A DNA stretch of 55,841 nucleotides. Origin: Seison nebaliae (taxonomy: Eukaryota). The stretch lies in assembly GCA_023231475.1 (NCBI GenBank), contig JALJEE010002827.1:1-55841 (forward strand), given 5' to 3'. Below are positions 24,201 to 38,100 of the stretch, one piece after another. Each line of letters opens with the position of its first letter. Position 1 is the first letter of the stretch. Both the position numbers and the translations under genes were made by a program. Below the pieces are notes generated by a model, which was given only the letters and a program-made list of their open reading frames with translations, had not been told where the DNA came from and did no database searches.

Positions 24201-27200
24201 ATTTCACTCAATAAAATTCATGACAAATAAATTGGTTTTCAAATGTAGTTTCATAAACTTTATTTTTGTCTGCAAAAAGAAATTATTGTTGACGACTCTC
24301 TTCGACAAAACATATGAAATGAACGGGTAAATGTAATCATCTGCAAGTGGTGTCATGTGAGTGATAATATGATTGATTTATCTCGAAAACAGAATACATT
24401 TCTTATTCTTCATACTTCTTCTTCATTTCCGTTATCTGATTTTTACTTAACATTCATTACTGCCATATAATGTTAATGGAATTAAAGACGATTATAAAAC
24501 AATCTTCCAATAATCCCATTTATTCTGCTTTCTAAATTGAAAATCATAAAATTTTCGAAATTCAACCAGATTAAGGAGAAATTGAATTTTTGTAAAAAAT
24601 TATTGAATCAATCGATTTTGCTTGTGTAGAGGATTATTAAAATAACAGAATTTTATTCGAATTAAATTTTACCAATCATTTAATGTTTATCTTATTAATA
24701 GTACTATTCTTGTAATGGAATTCTGGTGAATGGTGTCAGGTATTAAATTGAATGTTCTACTATTTCAACATATTCCACTCGGCGACAATTGTGAGGGAGA
24801 TATCAGTAGATATGGCATAAATGGATGAATAAGCAGTATAATCTTTTTTGTGAGAAGTTTTAAGGATTTTTGGGAGTTCGCCATCAATGTATCTGGTGCG
24901 CGTATGTGTGTTTATGGAACAATTACACATATCTCGTTATTAATATTTTTATATCATTAGAAAATTATTTAAAATTTCTTTAGTTTGTTCAACATTCCTC
25001 CTATTCATTCCCATTGACATATTCATATATTTATACATTCATTTCAATATCAATATGCATATTCGTTTCTTCTTTCCTCAAAAAAAAATTACTAAACAAC
25101 AATTTACAATAGTAATAATAATATTATTATTCTTATGATGGTGATGATGATTTGTAGGAGAGGAATATGTATTGCAATAATCATTGAATAATCGTTCTTA
25201 CATCTTTTCCGTATGGAGATGAATGGATGCGAAAGTTGAATTATATTAGCAGAAAATTTGATATTTATCAATTCATCTTTATTGTGTATTTTCATTTTAT
25301 TTTCCTTCTCCTATCGTTCCTCGTCTTCCCCCGTTAATTCGATTCTTTAATAGAAGTAAAATGTTGTTAATCGTTATAATTTTTTATACCAATTCTTTCA
25401 ATTTCCTTCATAGTTTCGTCGACCAATTTATTTGTTTTCTTAATTTCCCTCAAACATTTCCGTTCCACATTCTCATCAACACATATTCCACTAAATTTCA
25501 ACTTAAATTTTATACGAAATTTTTTTCTCCGAAAGTTCCCAAAAAAAACTATTTCAGCGATCATTTAAAAAAAGAGAATTTATTGACGTTTCTTCTTTTG
25601 TTCAACTGTTGAAAAGATTTCAAATTCAGCTGATATTTTTTCTCCATCAAATCCGTTTGTTGAATTGAATGTTTTTTCTGGAATTGATTCCATCACTTAC
25701 GTAATTAACAAACTCCAACAAAAGAACGACGGGAAGTGACGAAATGGAAGTAGCTAAGTTTTCTTCTTCTCACTAATTCACGGACAAATGGAAAGCAATG
25801 TTATTTTTTCATTATTTCTCCTCCCAACTAAATTATTAATCAACGATCCATTTAGAAATGTTTCCTGTTTCTAAATGGAATGCACACCCAATATAAGTAG
25901 GAAAGTGGAGAAGATTAATATCAGTTTCATTTTCGAAAAAAGAAATTTCCATTTGCAACGTCATTAGGAAGGAATTGAAGATGGAATAAATTCATTTAAT
26001 TGGCAAATTTTCATTAATTTGACTAATAAATTTTGCATATCATTAACTGGTGTGTTAATGATATAAGTTTGTCAGTTTGAGGCGGAGACGATAGAGTTCT
26101 CATGAAACGAATCAATCAGTTATGAGAAGAAGGATTGATTTCATCTGAAGATTATTTCCTAGAGTTGTTTAATAAAACGGAAGAGAATAGTGTTTTATTA
26201 GTTAAATATGACTTGTTTTCTTCTCGAATAGCTGGTGCGGATACAACTTCTTCCTCCACTTTCTTTTCTATATTATCGAATAACGAATTTATTCAAATTC
26301 TCATCTTTCTCCCACAATCACTACTATTCTCATCTCTCCAATCATTAAAATGATCAACTTATCATTTCCATCAAACAATTCTTCACTACTTCACAAATGT
26401 CATCTCGCCAGTTGTTATGAAAAAAGAATATACTCCTTCCATAAAATTGATCTGAACATCCGTTCTAACACAATTTTATTTCCCACAAATCGACTTTCAA
26501 TGAGAAAATATCATCAAACTCTTCCAACCAATACCATTCCTGTTCCTATTTTATGGAATACACAAGTTTGCTTGTGAAGTTCCTGTAAAGTTCATAACAT
26601 TTCCTCAACGAACAACATATCGATTCATATGAGAAATTTAAGTATATTTCATACACATGTCAAATAGTTACCACAATTCAAGTAGTTTGATGGTGAAATT
26701 ATTTGTCGATTATAATTTTATTTTTGGAAACGGATTATTTTTGCACTCGATAATCGCTTGTTAATGGAGAGTTCATAATGATGTGATGTTAGTAGCCGTT
26801 GCCACTTGACCAATTAGACGGAACAGAACATTTAGGAATATCTTTCTATTGATTTATCACTGATCGTTGACTTGTATAATTCGTTGATTATTGAGGGGAT
26901 GGGGAAAGAGTGGAGATATACGTGCACTTCCATCAATCGATCTCGATTACGCTAAACAAGTTGTCGAATAAGCAATTTTTGTTCTATTCGTCTTATTCTT
27001 TCTCATATTATCTTCCTATTACACAAAGTTTGTGTTAAAATTTTTTTTTTGTTGGGAAAGACGAGTAGACGAAGGCAGATGAAGAAAGAAAGAAATTATT
27101 AACTTGTCGATATTTCGGACTTATTTTACATGAATTGCATTTACAATAATGGATTTATAATTCCATGTGGATGCTCTCATTCATCTTCGAGAGAGGAATG

Positions 27201-27797
27201 TTATGTAATTATTATTTTCACAATAATTTCCTTTCTATTAAACAATTCGTGCACACACATATATAAATGTTGTTGTACCAATAAATAATTATGAAAAAGT
27301 TAAGAAACTTCTGATAATAATGTAATGAACATCATATAATTATATTTGTGAACATGTTGCCTTATATGATCAATTCCTCAATTTACACATGTATTTGAAC
27401 ACATATGAATTGAGCTCAATCGCTCAACTTCGCAATAGACATAAAATATTATTCTCTATTTTTTTCCGTTGAACAATAATTGAATTATTGCTGTAGAATG
27501 ATGCATCTAATATCCTGAAAATCTCACTAGTTGCAAGATATGTCGAATTGTTAATATATTGAAAATAATATTCATATTTCTATCAATTCTCATCGAATAA
27601 TTCCAGTTATATAATTGAATGGAATTACTTCTCATTCTCTAATCTTATCTCGTTTAACATCGTCTTTCAAAGTCTCTTCAAACTTCCTCTCGTCCACACT
27701 TTCAGATGCTTCGAAAGAAATCCCGAATAAAAAAATGATTTGAGGACGACTTTGAAATTGTGAAATTCAGATAAAATTTTCTCACCAAAAATCCAAC

Positions 27798-29168
27798 ATG
27801 CAAATCTTGCCCAATATCTTCTCCGCGATATTCTTCCACATCTACCTCAATTCTATTCTACTGAAACATGCTGCCTCAGAATTCTCATTTCATTGTGATC
27901 TGCTCCATCAGCAATGTCGACAATATCTACCGTCAATAAATCAGAGTGATCGACATCGACGTTCAACCAAACCGAGAGAAATCATTCGAGATAACGTTCC
28001 TTATATGATTCATGCCGTCATTAACGTTCCGTTCGATCGACGATATTTCTTCTCCAGAGATAAATTACTTCCTATTCTCTGGATGGCATTGGACGATTGG
28101 AATGGAGAAGATTATAGTTTGAAGCAAATTAAATTCGGAGATATTTATCAAGAGCCCAAATTGAACACTTATACTCATAGTCTCGATATAAAATATTCGT
28201 ATACAAAGAGACATCATCGATCGATTCGAAATCGTAATAAATTCACTTCTTCCAAATCACTCAAATATTTCCATCCATTCGACATTAAACTCGATATTCA
28301 CGATTCACAATGCTCGACCGTTATCGCACCGGTGAATGCAATGCGTGCCACATTAGCCCATAATCAGTTGGTGTCTAAAGTAAATCAGAATCGATACATC
28401 TTCCCATATGACGAGTTGGTGAGATCGTCAAAATTCACCAACTTCCAATCATGGTACAATGATCCCGAACTGATTCATGTATTTTTTGGACCGATGTGCG
28501 ATTTCGCTTTGGCGCCTGTCATTCGATATAGTAGCATCGATTGGAGTATTCCTTTATTGACGATTGGCGGTACCGCCTCCTATTTCTTCAACAACAGCGA
28601 AGTCGGTCTCTTAACTCGTGTGGGTCCCGGTCAATACAATTATATGGTCGATGCAATTCGCAGTATTTTAAATCATTTCTCGTGGAAAGCAAGTGGAATC
28701 ATCAATATCGAAGATGATGTACATGGAAGGAATTTCGTGAAGAAATTTTCCAAAAATGTTACTGCTAATCTCAAAGATTTCTATTCGTTCTATGAGACAG
28801 CCAAAGAGTTAGTAAATTTTCAAATACTCTTTCAAAATTATTTGATGTGATCTGTGAAATGATTTTCGGAAAACGAAAGAATGTTGTGAAAATTATCGTG
28901 AAAAAAATGAGTGGAAAATTTTCGCGGAAAAATAAATGAATAATTTTCATTTTTAGAGATACGGAAACGGAAAGAAAAATTGATGCGAGAGATTCGCGAT
29001 TAATACAAGAAACAGGTGATCGTGGAGATTGTTATCGAATAATTTCAGCAATCAAAAAAGAATTAAAAATATCATCATCCAGCATCGCATTTCGGAAGAG
29101 AATATCTCCCCAACCAATAAGTGTTCTCCGCAACATTCTCCTTTCCGATTTGGGCATCGAACGATCTA
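27798..29168 (+). CDS. Guanylyl cyclase variable N-terminal cassette A (signal peptide plus ANF-receptor ligand-binding region), 2 exons
   Basis: Exons 27798-28807 and 28957-29168 (1222 nt, phase 1). Signal peptide; motifs [51 protein letters not shown]. Ends ...GIERS-a|GTTAGT, which joins 35836 to read ERSIVIMC. Confidence 0.85.
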
Positions 29169-32100
29169 GTTAGTTCGCTTATTTTTCATATTCGTCTCGA
29201 TGAGAGAAATGTAGAAAGAAGATTTTTGATTTGTTTGAAAGTCAATTGGCTTTCAGTCAGATGATAACCTATTACGTAGGAGTTAGCAGAGGAGAATATT
29301 TGGGGAATATTTTTCCATATAAAACTGAATGGTATTGACGGTGCATGTTGGGCATGAATCAATTTTGTTTAAAAAATTAATTAAAATGCCTGTTTGCGAC
29401 GAAATGTCCTTTGTCATTCACATATTCTTCATGTTTTCCAATTAAACGACTGAATTCTGTATGATAATAAATGTATTACACTTTATGGAATTGGAAGGGA
29501 TCAGCACGTTTACCTAATCCGGTTTCCTCTTGTTCGACGGGAAATGTTGTTTCAATGAATTGGAAAGGAGAAATTAGTATGAGGAATAATCTAAATTTCC
29601 TTCGTATTCGTTGGGAAGGATAAAAGGAAAATCTAATTTCATCCTGATTATAACTTGTTCACATCACAGCTCCTTAATAAAAGAAGCAAACACCTTAGGA
29701 TAAGGATCATTTTCTATTTTGAGAAAATGATTGTGATATTATTATTATCAATCTTTCCTATCCCATTTTTCCAGTTTACGATTGTGTAAATTCATTTCTT
29801 ACCAAATCTCTCTCTCCACCCTCTCTCTCTCTCTCTCTTTGATGGAGGGAGGGGAAAATGTTTGGGAGAAAACGGAGAAATTCTAGTTCATCTTTGTTTT
29901 TACTTGGAAGCCAAGTATGGACGAATATTAGGTTATCAGAAAAATAATATTCAAAAGAGACAAAGTTTTTTTTATTTCTTCTCATCATGTCACCGTAGTC
30001 GACCTTTCTCTACTTTTTTCTCCTACGTTATTCTATCTTTGAACTGTATCGACAATATAAAGTCGTTCCAATATTATCGTAGAAGTTCATTTATCATTCG
30101 ATTGGAAAACGGCACGAGAGATTCTAGTTCTGAATGAAATGAATGAGTGATTGAGCATGAAAATTGATAATCAAAAAAAAATTCTTTTGATTAATGAATT
30201 ATCCATTCATATTTATATCTGCCTCCACAACACTATCCATACTTAATAAAATCATTTGTAAAATTGTTGGTAGAGAATTGCATCGATCGAGAGTCTCACA
30301 CTTCTCCCATCAAAATAACGAAATGTCGTCGGAACATTGAACTTTTTCTCCTAATAAGAAATTTCCATTCCTCAAATCTATGTTCCTAATTTAGTGTTCG
30401 ATATGTTATGGGGTCGATGTAATAATTTTATTATTGATAATGATATCGTTAAAATGTAGAAAGTCGAACTATATTACTTCCGCCATTATTCAACATCGTG
30501 AAAAATACTGTTTGGCGAAAAGGAGAAATATCTGGGGAGAAACCAGTGAAAGTTTTAATGAATGAGCAAATCATTTACACATGAGTCCCTAAACAAAATT
30601 TTTTGGAAGACAACATATAAATCGCTTCTTTACATCTCGGAGAGTTACTGCTGTTAACATCACCAGGAAATGATTGTCGCTGCCTACCATACGATCGTTG
30701 TTGATCTACCAATTCCAGGTCATCATGGTTATTTACACAGACATTTACACACAATTATTCTTTATTCTCCAATGCACATTCTTAATATCCTTCGTCAAAT
30801 ACTTCGCTCGTGTATTGGTAAGTGAGAAATGTTTTATGTTTATTTTGGTGGAAAATTATGCTGATAATAATGTGAAAATTGCGGAAAAAACGGAAGATTA
30901 AATTATAAACTTATCTGAATTTTCTCTATCTCCTCCACATTCACTTTACTTCACAATTATAATTATTACATTAACTCTACTCATTGAATTGCATTAATCG
31001 CAATCTGACGACTCTCATCCAAAAAACAACACTTCATCAATTCCTTAGCACAACATCTCGTCTTTGATGTCATAGTCACTGATATATCTAAATCTAATAA
31101 ATTTGTGTGCGACTCAATTCATTTTTTCTCTAGTCGATTCGTGAAGAATATTCATCGTTTAATAATTATCGATGGCAGCGATTATGTTCGATGTTGTTCT
31201 TCAAATCTTAAAATTTTTCGGAAGAATTTCTTCCAACTAATAATGAATTTCCGGTTGGCGCATACACTTCACATAATCTAACATCGGTTTTCTTATAAGA
31301 AAACATTTCGAAAACACAACAACTGTCGCTCATGTACAAATATTATTCATCTATCTTCTGATTGGGAGGAGGAAGTGAATAAGAAACGTAAATAGAGAAT
31401 AAGTAGATGATATTGATAGTCTAATAAATCTTGAAATTTTGAGATATTATAGAATATTCATAATTATGCATCATTACCATTCTCATTTTTCGTTTGAATT
31501 ATCTTTCGTAATCGGTCTTTTATTTAGAAGAATTATTATAATCCAATTATTCATGTCTACTTCACAAATTTGATCATGTGAAACAAATTTCACAGATAAA
31601 CGAAACGAATAAGTCGAATATACGTTTCTGAATAGAAACCATCAAAATTGACCACGGCACCGATTAGAGAAATACTTCTTCCTCACTCCGAAAATGGCAA
31701 GGGACAAAAGAATGATATGTATGTGTGAAAATTATTTTATTGTTGAGGAAAGTTTATTTAAGAAATATTCATTTCCTGCTGAAATTCCTGTGAGATGGAA
31801 AATAGGAAAATTATGAAAAAAGTTTCCTTGCATAATTCTTATTCTTTCATTTATCTTGTTTGTGAAATTTTGTTTTAATTAAACAATTAGTACGGAGACG
31901 TCATTCTGATTTGTGCCTTCTTCAATAAGTTTAATGGATGCAAGTTTGAAGTGAAATGGAATGAATTCTGATAATTCTTATTATTTAATATGTAAATGCA
32001 AATGATTTGACTCTTTCGCGATGTTGCATAACTCCTAATTTTTAGTGTGAGACACATACGTATTTATTGTTGGGGAGGGGGGAATATATTGATTATAATG

Positions 32101-35100
32101 CTTACTCTCCTATCAAAGTACTTGACTATTCATAAATGTTTCTTCCCATAAATCAATTTGAACTTTTCTTCTTTGTGTGTACGTCGGATGTGAAGCATTT
32201 CACAGATCTGATTATGTTAATGTTATCCGACCGAAATAAGCACTTCTACATTAAGTTCAATAGGAATATTTAAGCATTGAATCGATAAACGTGTATCGTT
32301 CGATTTTTCTCCCGCTTTCTTTCCTCCGTGGAAATTCGAATATTTTCGTTAAGGATTAGCCGAGTCGTCATCTTCCCTCGTTTTCTTATTAGTTTAATGT
32401 ACAGATGAAGTCGCTATTTCTATCGTTGTTTATCTTTCTCATTCTGTGTTAGTGATAAAGAAATTTATCCGATCATGTTCTTGATCTGATTGCTCATACC
32501 AGTTAATGAGATATCAGAGGAATGTAATTGACATTTATGTAAGGAATGGAGGAAGTTGGATATGTGATTTACCTGTAAGACATCGTTAATCAGAAGAAGA
32601 AAAAGACGATAATATCGTCACGATAATAAGATGAGATTCAGTTCTTCCCATTCATCGAGACATTATTAATACGGATACTCGTTGTAAGAAAGGAGAAAAT
32701 TATACGATGACAATATACTTCTTTCTCCCTTCTAATAGAATGAGAAACATATTAATTAATTGATCTATCGAGAGGAAAGATGCTCGTCTATTTCCAGTTT
32801 ATTTATTTTCCGATCAATGAACATTATATGAACACAGAGAATGATGGGAAATTGAAGAGGAATACACTTTTTTTTAAATTCCCTTTTTTCTCTGTCGTCG
32901 TCTTTCAATCTTTAACAATCAAAATTCTCCTTTTGACGCACTTCGTGCAAAGTCACAAGAAAACGAGAAAGCGAAACTTGTTCTTTGTTGGAGTCTATAC
33001 GCCATTTTCGCTAGGCGAATTTAAGTAGGAAATTATATTTCTTATAAATACATATCTCAATAAAGACATTTAGTTAACGATGAAGATAAATATGGAAATT
33101 AACGAATACATCCATCTCACAATTATTCATTCATTCTTTTATTTTTTATGAATCTCTCCCGCCCAAACATTCTTGTTGAGTGCTACCTAAATTGGTTATC
33201 TCATTCTCCTCCTTCATTCTCACTGGAGACAGATGAATTTGCATAATTCTTAAACATTTACTTGTCATATCCCCCCTCCTCACCACTAGACTACATCAAT
33301 AAGATTCTTAAATTTCCTTTTTGAAAGATTTCTTTTTTTCTCGACGGGAATGAAGAAAATATTAAATTTTATTTTTCTCGCCATTCTCAATTGGGAGGAA
33401 CATGGGCACGAGTGTAGATCGAATACGAATAGGAATTTGCGAAGTATATCCAATCCGATCAAGATCGGCGTATTATTATCGTCATTTGCTGACAGGAAAC
33501 AGGCGTACATACCTTCCTTAGCTTTAGGTGCGATTTTGGAGGGCTTAGAAGATATCAAATCATCGAAAATGAGAGTTGAGGTTGTTGGCGAATTCTCGGA
33601 ATGGAATGTGATGGAAGAAACGAATTACACACAAGTCAAACGGATTCAGTTGCAAGAGACTCAATCGTTTGCAGAAACCAGTCTCCATGAAAGAATGAAA
33701 TGGACGAAAAGTATAAATGATTGTGTAGGAGCAGGTAAGTCTAAAGAGGAGATGATATCGAATTTATTAAGAATGAAATCAGAAATTTCTCAAAAGAAGA
33801 AAACTTTCCATAAAAAGAGGAATGTTATCGAAGTTATCGTCATGAATACATTCCATAGTGATACCATCGCACCAATGCGAGCCATCGACCAATATATTAT
33901 GGGCGTCAATTTGTTGGTGGGTGGAATCAATGCACACGCAATCGCTCCAGTTGCCCGATTCGCAACCATCGTTCGAATACCCTTCATCTCGTTGTATGGT
34001 GGTGTCACCGAATTGACAAACGGAAAACTCACCGAATACTCGATGTTGACACGAACAACAGCTGAATACAGTAGTTATGCGAAAGCTTTATTGAAAGTGC
34101 TCGATAAATTCAATTGGAAAAAAGTGGGACTAATTATTGAAGATGATAAGTCAACAAAATCCGATGCAACTTACTTAATCGCTCGTGCCTTCTATTATAT
34201 TAAGCAATGTCATTTCTTTAATATTGCAGCTATGTCACCTGAAGAACTTCTACCAAAACTTCATAGGCAGGCAAGAGGTTAAAACTTGAATAATTTCTCA
34301 TTCTCCTCACAAACACCTTTTAAAACTTTTTTAAACTTTTAACGAGAACGAATCATCTCGAAGTAACAAATTCGGAAAGTGTTGTAGAATTTTGAAAAAA
34401 AGTAAATTTTCTAGAAATTTTTTTCGGAGATAAAAATATAACAAATAAATTCTGCTCAAATTTGCAAATACGAGAAAAATAAAAAAAATAAAAGAAATTA
34501 TTCTGTTTCATTGTGTGAGTGGTTGAATGAAAAATTGAGTTTACATTTAAAAAAAAAACATTTTTTTCTTCTTTGATTGATTAAATCAGATTTATTTCCA
34601 TAAAAATAATAATATTAACAAAAATTTGTTGTTATGAAATAGAATGTAAGATTACAGGAAGCGAATGACTGTTGAATATGTTAGAATGTGTCTGTTTTTT
34701 ATGGTTGGAGCTATTTATATGAGAAAGATACGAACATCAATAAAGATTGGTGTTATCATCTCATCAGTTCCAGATAAGGAGCATGCATACATTCCAGCTC
34801 TTACGCTTGGAGCAATCTATACCGCTTTGGAAGATGTGTGTGATGAGAATGCGATTGTTAATCTGGTTGGTGACATAAAACGATTCAATCTCACTCAATT
34901 GACGACGATCAATAAAAAGAACATAAAGAACATTGCTTATGAGCAGAAGTTGAAAGAGGAAGGCTTAATATGGAAGAAGGACTGGTATCGCAATTACCAA
35001 CGAGACGTACAACGACGAAATATGTTGGATCGATATTTATTGAATCAGCCACAATTTATCATGTCGGAAGAACGAAACATTTCCTTCGTTAATTCAATCG

Positions 35101-38100
35101 AAGAAGCAAGACATTCTCATCTGATCGACGAGGAATTGATGAACATCAAAAAGGGAACGATCGATAATCATCGACCCACAATTAGCATTTATTTGAACGA
35201 CACTTTCTTCAACGACGCCATAGGAAGTATCTGTGTGTACGACCAATATATTTTAGGCGTCGATCTATTCGTAGGCGGTCAAAATCCCTTTGCCATCGCA
35301 CCGATCGCTCGATTCGCTGCACTGGTCGGTCTACCATACCTCACAACATATGGTGGAGTCGACTTCTTGACAACCAATAAACTAACGTACTTCAGAACAC
35401 TGACACGAACAACGTCCGAATATAAAGCGATTGCTAACGTTATTGTAGAACTATTGAGACATTTCCATTGGAAACATGGATCGCTCGTTTATCAAAGTAC
35501 TGAAGATAAGACATCTGCTTCCTATTACATAGCAACCGCCGTCTGGAAGGAATTACGAAATTCAGTGAATAATTTAAGTTTTAAAAAAAAGAACTTTTTT
35601 GAAGAGGCTACCGAAGTACTTGTCAATGAATTAAATTTGGATTCCCGAGGTATTATTATGAAATTTTTCTTATTTATTTTTCCACCAACTCTCCTCACAC
35701 AATTTTTTCACAATTTTTCACATTTTTTACACAATTATTTTCTGTAAGACAATTTGAACTAGATAGTGAATTAAGAATTAAAAAAAGATTTCTATCGAGT
35801 AACTATAACTAATTTCTCTTCTTTTTCAATTTCAGTTGTTATTATGTGCACGTCACCGGATAATGTACGACATCTATTGTTAACAGCTCATCGATTGGGA
35901 TTCATCAATGGCGAATATGTATTCATCAATTTGGACATATTTTCTGGGTTAGTTTTCTCCTTGTCAGAATCTTCTTTCAAATTTTCTTTAGCGAAGAATA
36001 TCTAAATCGACCATGGTATCGTGAGAATGATACAGATGAACGAAATGAACGTGCGAGAAAAGCATATGAGGCTCTCCTAATTCTCACCATCCGAAAACCA
36101 AGTATGGAACATTTTGACGAATTCTCTAAACGAGTCGAAGCGAAAACGAAACAATTATTCCGAATGAGTAATGGCACCGTTCCAACGATAAAGAAAGGAG
36201 AAGTTCCATTATACTCTCATTTAACATTATAAACTCTGAAATTATAATTTTAGGTCAATAATTTCATTACGGCTTTCTATGATTCCATCATTATTTATGC
36301 CGATGCATTAAGTCGCGCTATTGAGAAGGGAAAACATCCATCAGACGGTGTTGCGATTACTAATTTGATGTGGAATCGATCATACCATGGTGCTACTGGA
36401 GAAGTTTATCTGAAATTGTTAGATATTGTTAATTTTGTTGTGTTAGATCGTCTTGAACCATAATGGAGATCGTGTGGTCGATTTCGATTTGCTGGATATG
36501 GATTATGAATCAGGAAATTTTTCGAGTGTTGCCACCTATCATTCTTCAAATCAAACATTTGTATTGAATCCATTCAAGAAGATCTATTGGCATGGAAAGA
36601 ATACAACACCTCCAGCTGATACACCACAATGTGGTTTCGATAATTCAAAATGTCCTGATAAACGTTCGAAAATAATTTTAATTTTAAATAGTTTTAAATA
36701 ATTTTTTTTTCAGAAATTCCTTTTTGGATGTGGATAATTATTGCGATGTCTATATCGATGGTGATCGCCTTAGTGTTTTCCGTTTTTATTTACAGGTTTT
36801 CCTCATTTTTCTTATTATTTCCTTTCTAATTGAGAAATATGTTAGAAAATCGAGATATGAAGCTGAATTGGCTGGTATGGCGAATTATATGATAAAATGG
36901 TCGGAACTGAAATATAGTGGGGTGGAAAAGTTCGTGGAATTTGGGAATAATGCGGATGAAAGTCAACTCTCCATCGAGAATGACGGTTATGATGAAGATG
37001 ATTTGGCGAGTAAACCGAATGGAATGTCCAAGAAAAAAAATTACAAAATTTATGACGCAAATGATGAAGACGAAATGAATTTATTATCACGAGAAGTTAA
37101 TATTTTTTTTTGAACATTTTGATGATTATTTTGAAGGATTCTCAACGAGTTGATGGAAATAAAAAAGACCATAGGAATTCGGTAGCTAATTCCATTTTTA
37201 CCATAACCAGCACGTTCGATGGAACGAACAATAAAGCATTTACCACGACGGCATTATATAAGTCGAGTATCGTTGCATTGAAAAAAATTCATCAATCTCG
37301 TATCGATACCAATCGAGCGTTAATGTTGGAAATGAAACAAGTTTGAAATTTTGAGAATAATTCCATAATTAATTGATTTAGATGAAAGATATGAATCATG
37401 AACATATCGCGAGATTTGTTGGTCTTTGTGTCGATACACCATATCATTTCATCATAACCGAATATTGTCCGAAAGGATCTTTGCGTGACATTCTCGAGAA
37501 TGAACAAATACGCCTCGATTGGATATTTCGACATTCATTGATGCATGACATTGTCAAAGTTTACATTTCTATCAATTCAAATTCCATCACGAATATTTAG
37601 GGAATGAGTTATATTCATAACAGCGAGATCCATTCACATGGTAATTTGAAGAGTTCGAATTGTGTTGTTGATTCTCGATTCGTTTTGAAAATCACGGATT
37701 TCGGATTTCATTCGTTACGTTCCCCACCGTCAAATAATGAGCAGGAATTGACGAAAGATCACGCTTATTATCAAGGTCTTTTATGGACTGCTCCCGAATT
37801 ATTGAGACAATCAAATCCCAAACCTGGAGGTACTCAACGTGGCGACGTATATTCATTCGCTATCATTCTTCAAGAAATTATTTATCGCAAAGGTGTCTTC
37901 CATTTCGAAGAAGAGAGAGATATGTTACCTGAAGGTTCATTATCATTCAATTTGAAAATTTAAATTTTTTTTAATTTTAATAGAAATTTATCGAAGTGTT
38001 AAAGAAGGAACAGGATTGAGACCGACAATTAAACCAGACGCTTGTAACGCGCCAGAAGTGGCTGAATTAATTTTAAAATGTTGGGCAGAAGAAGTGGCAG

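Noticed and set aside
23661..25879. 16-bp palindrome AGGAGACATGTCTCCT (23661-23676) and a 12-bp-stem hairpin (25847-25879)
   Set aside because: Isolated and too short for a pre-miRNA or MITE; no second copy or target-site duplication seen.
32200..32660. Seed-like matches to miR-750 (CAGATCT) and miR-1175 (TGAGATTCA)
   Set aside because: No convincing precursor hairpin; 7-9-nt matches are expected by chance in 56 kb.
33350..35649. Cassettes A, B and C concatenated into one multi-domain ectodomain
   Set aside because: Each starts with its own ATG and leader, C has an in-frame stop just upstream, and each encodes only part of the fold; alternative use is more parsimonious, though only transcripts can exclude concatenation.
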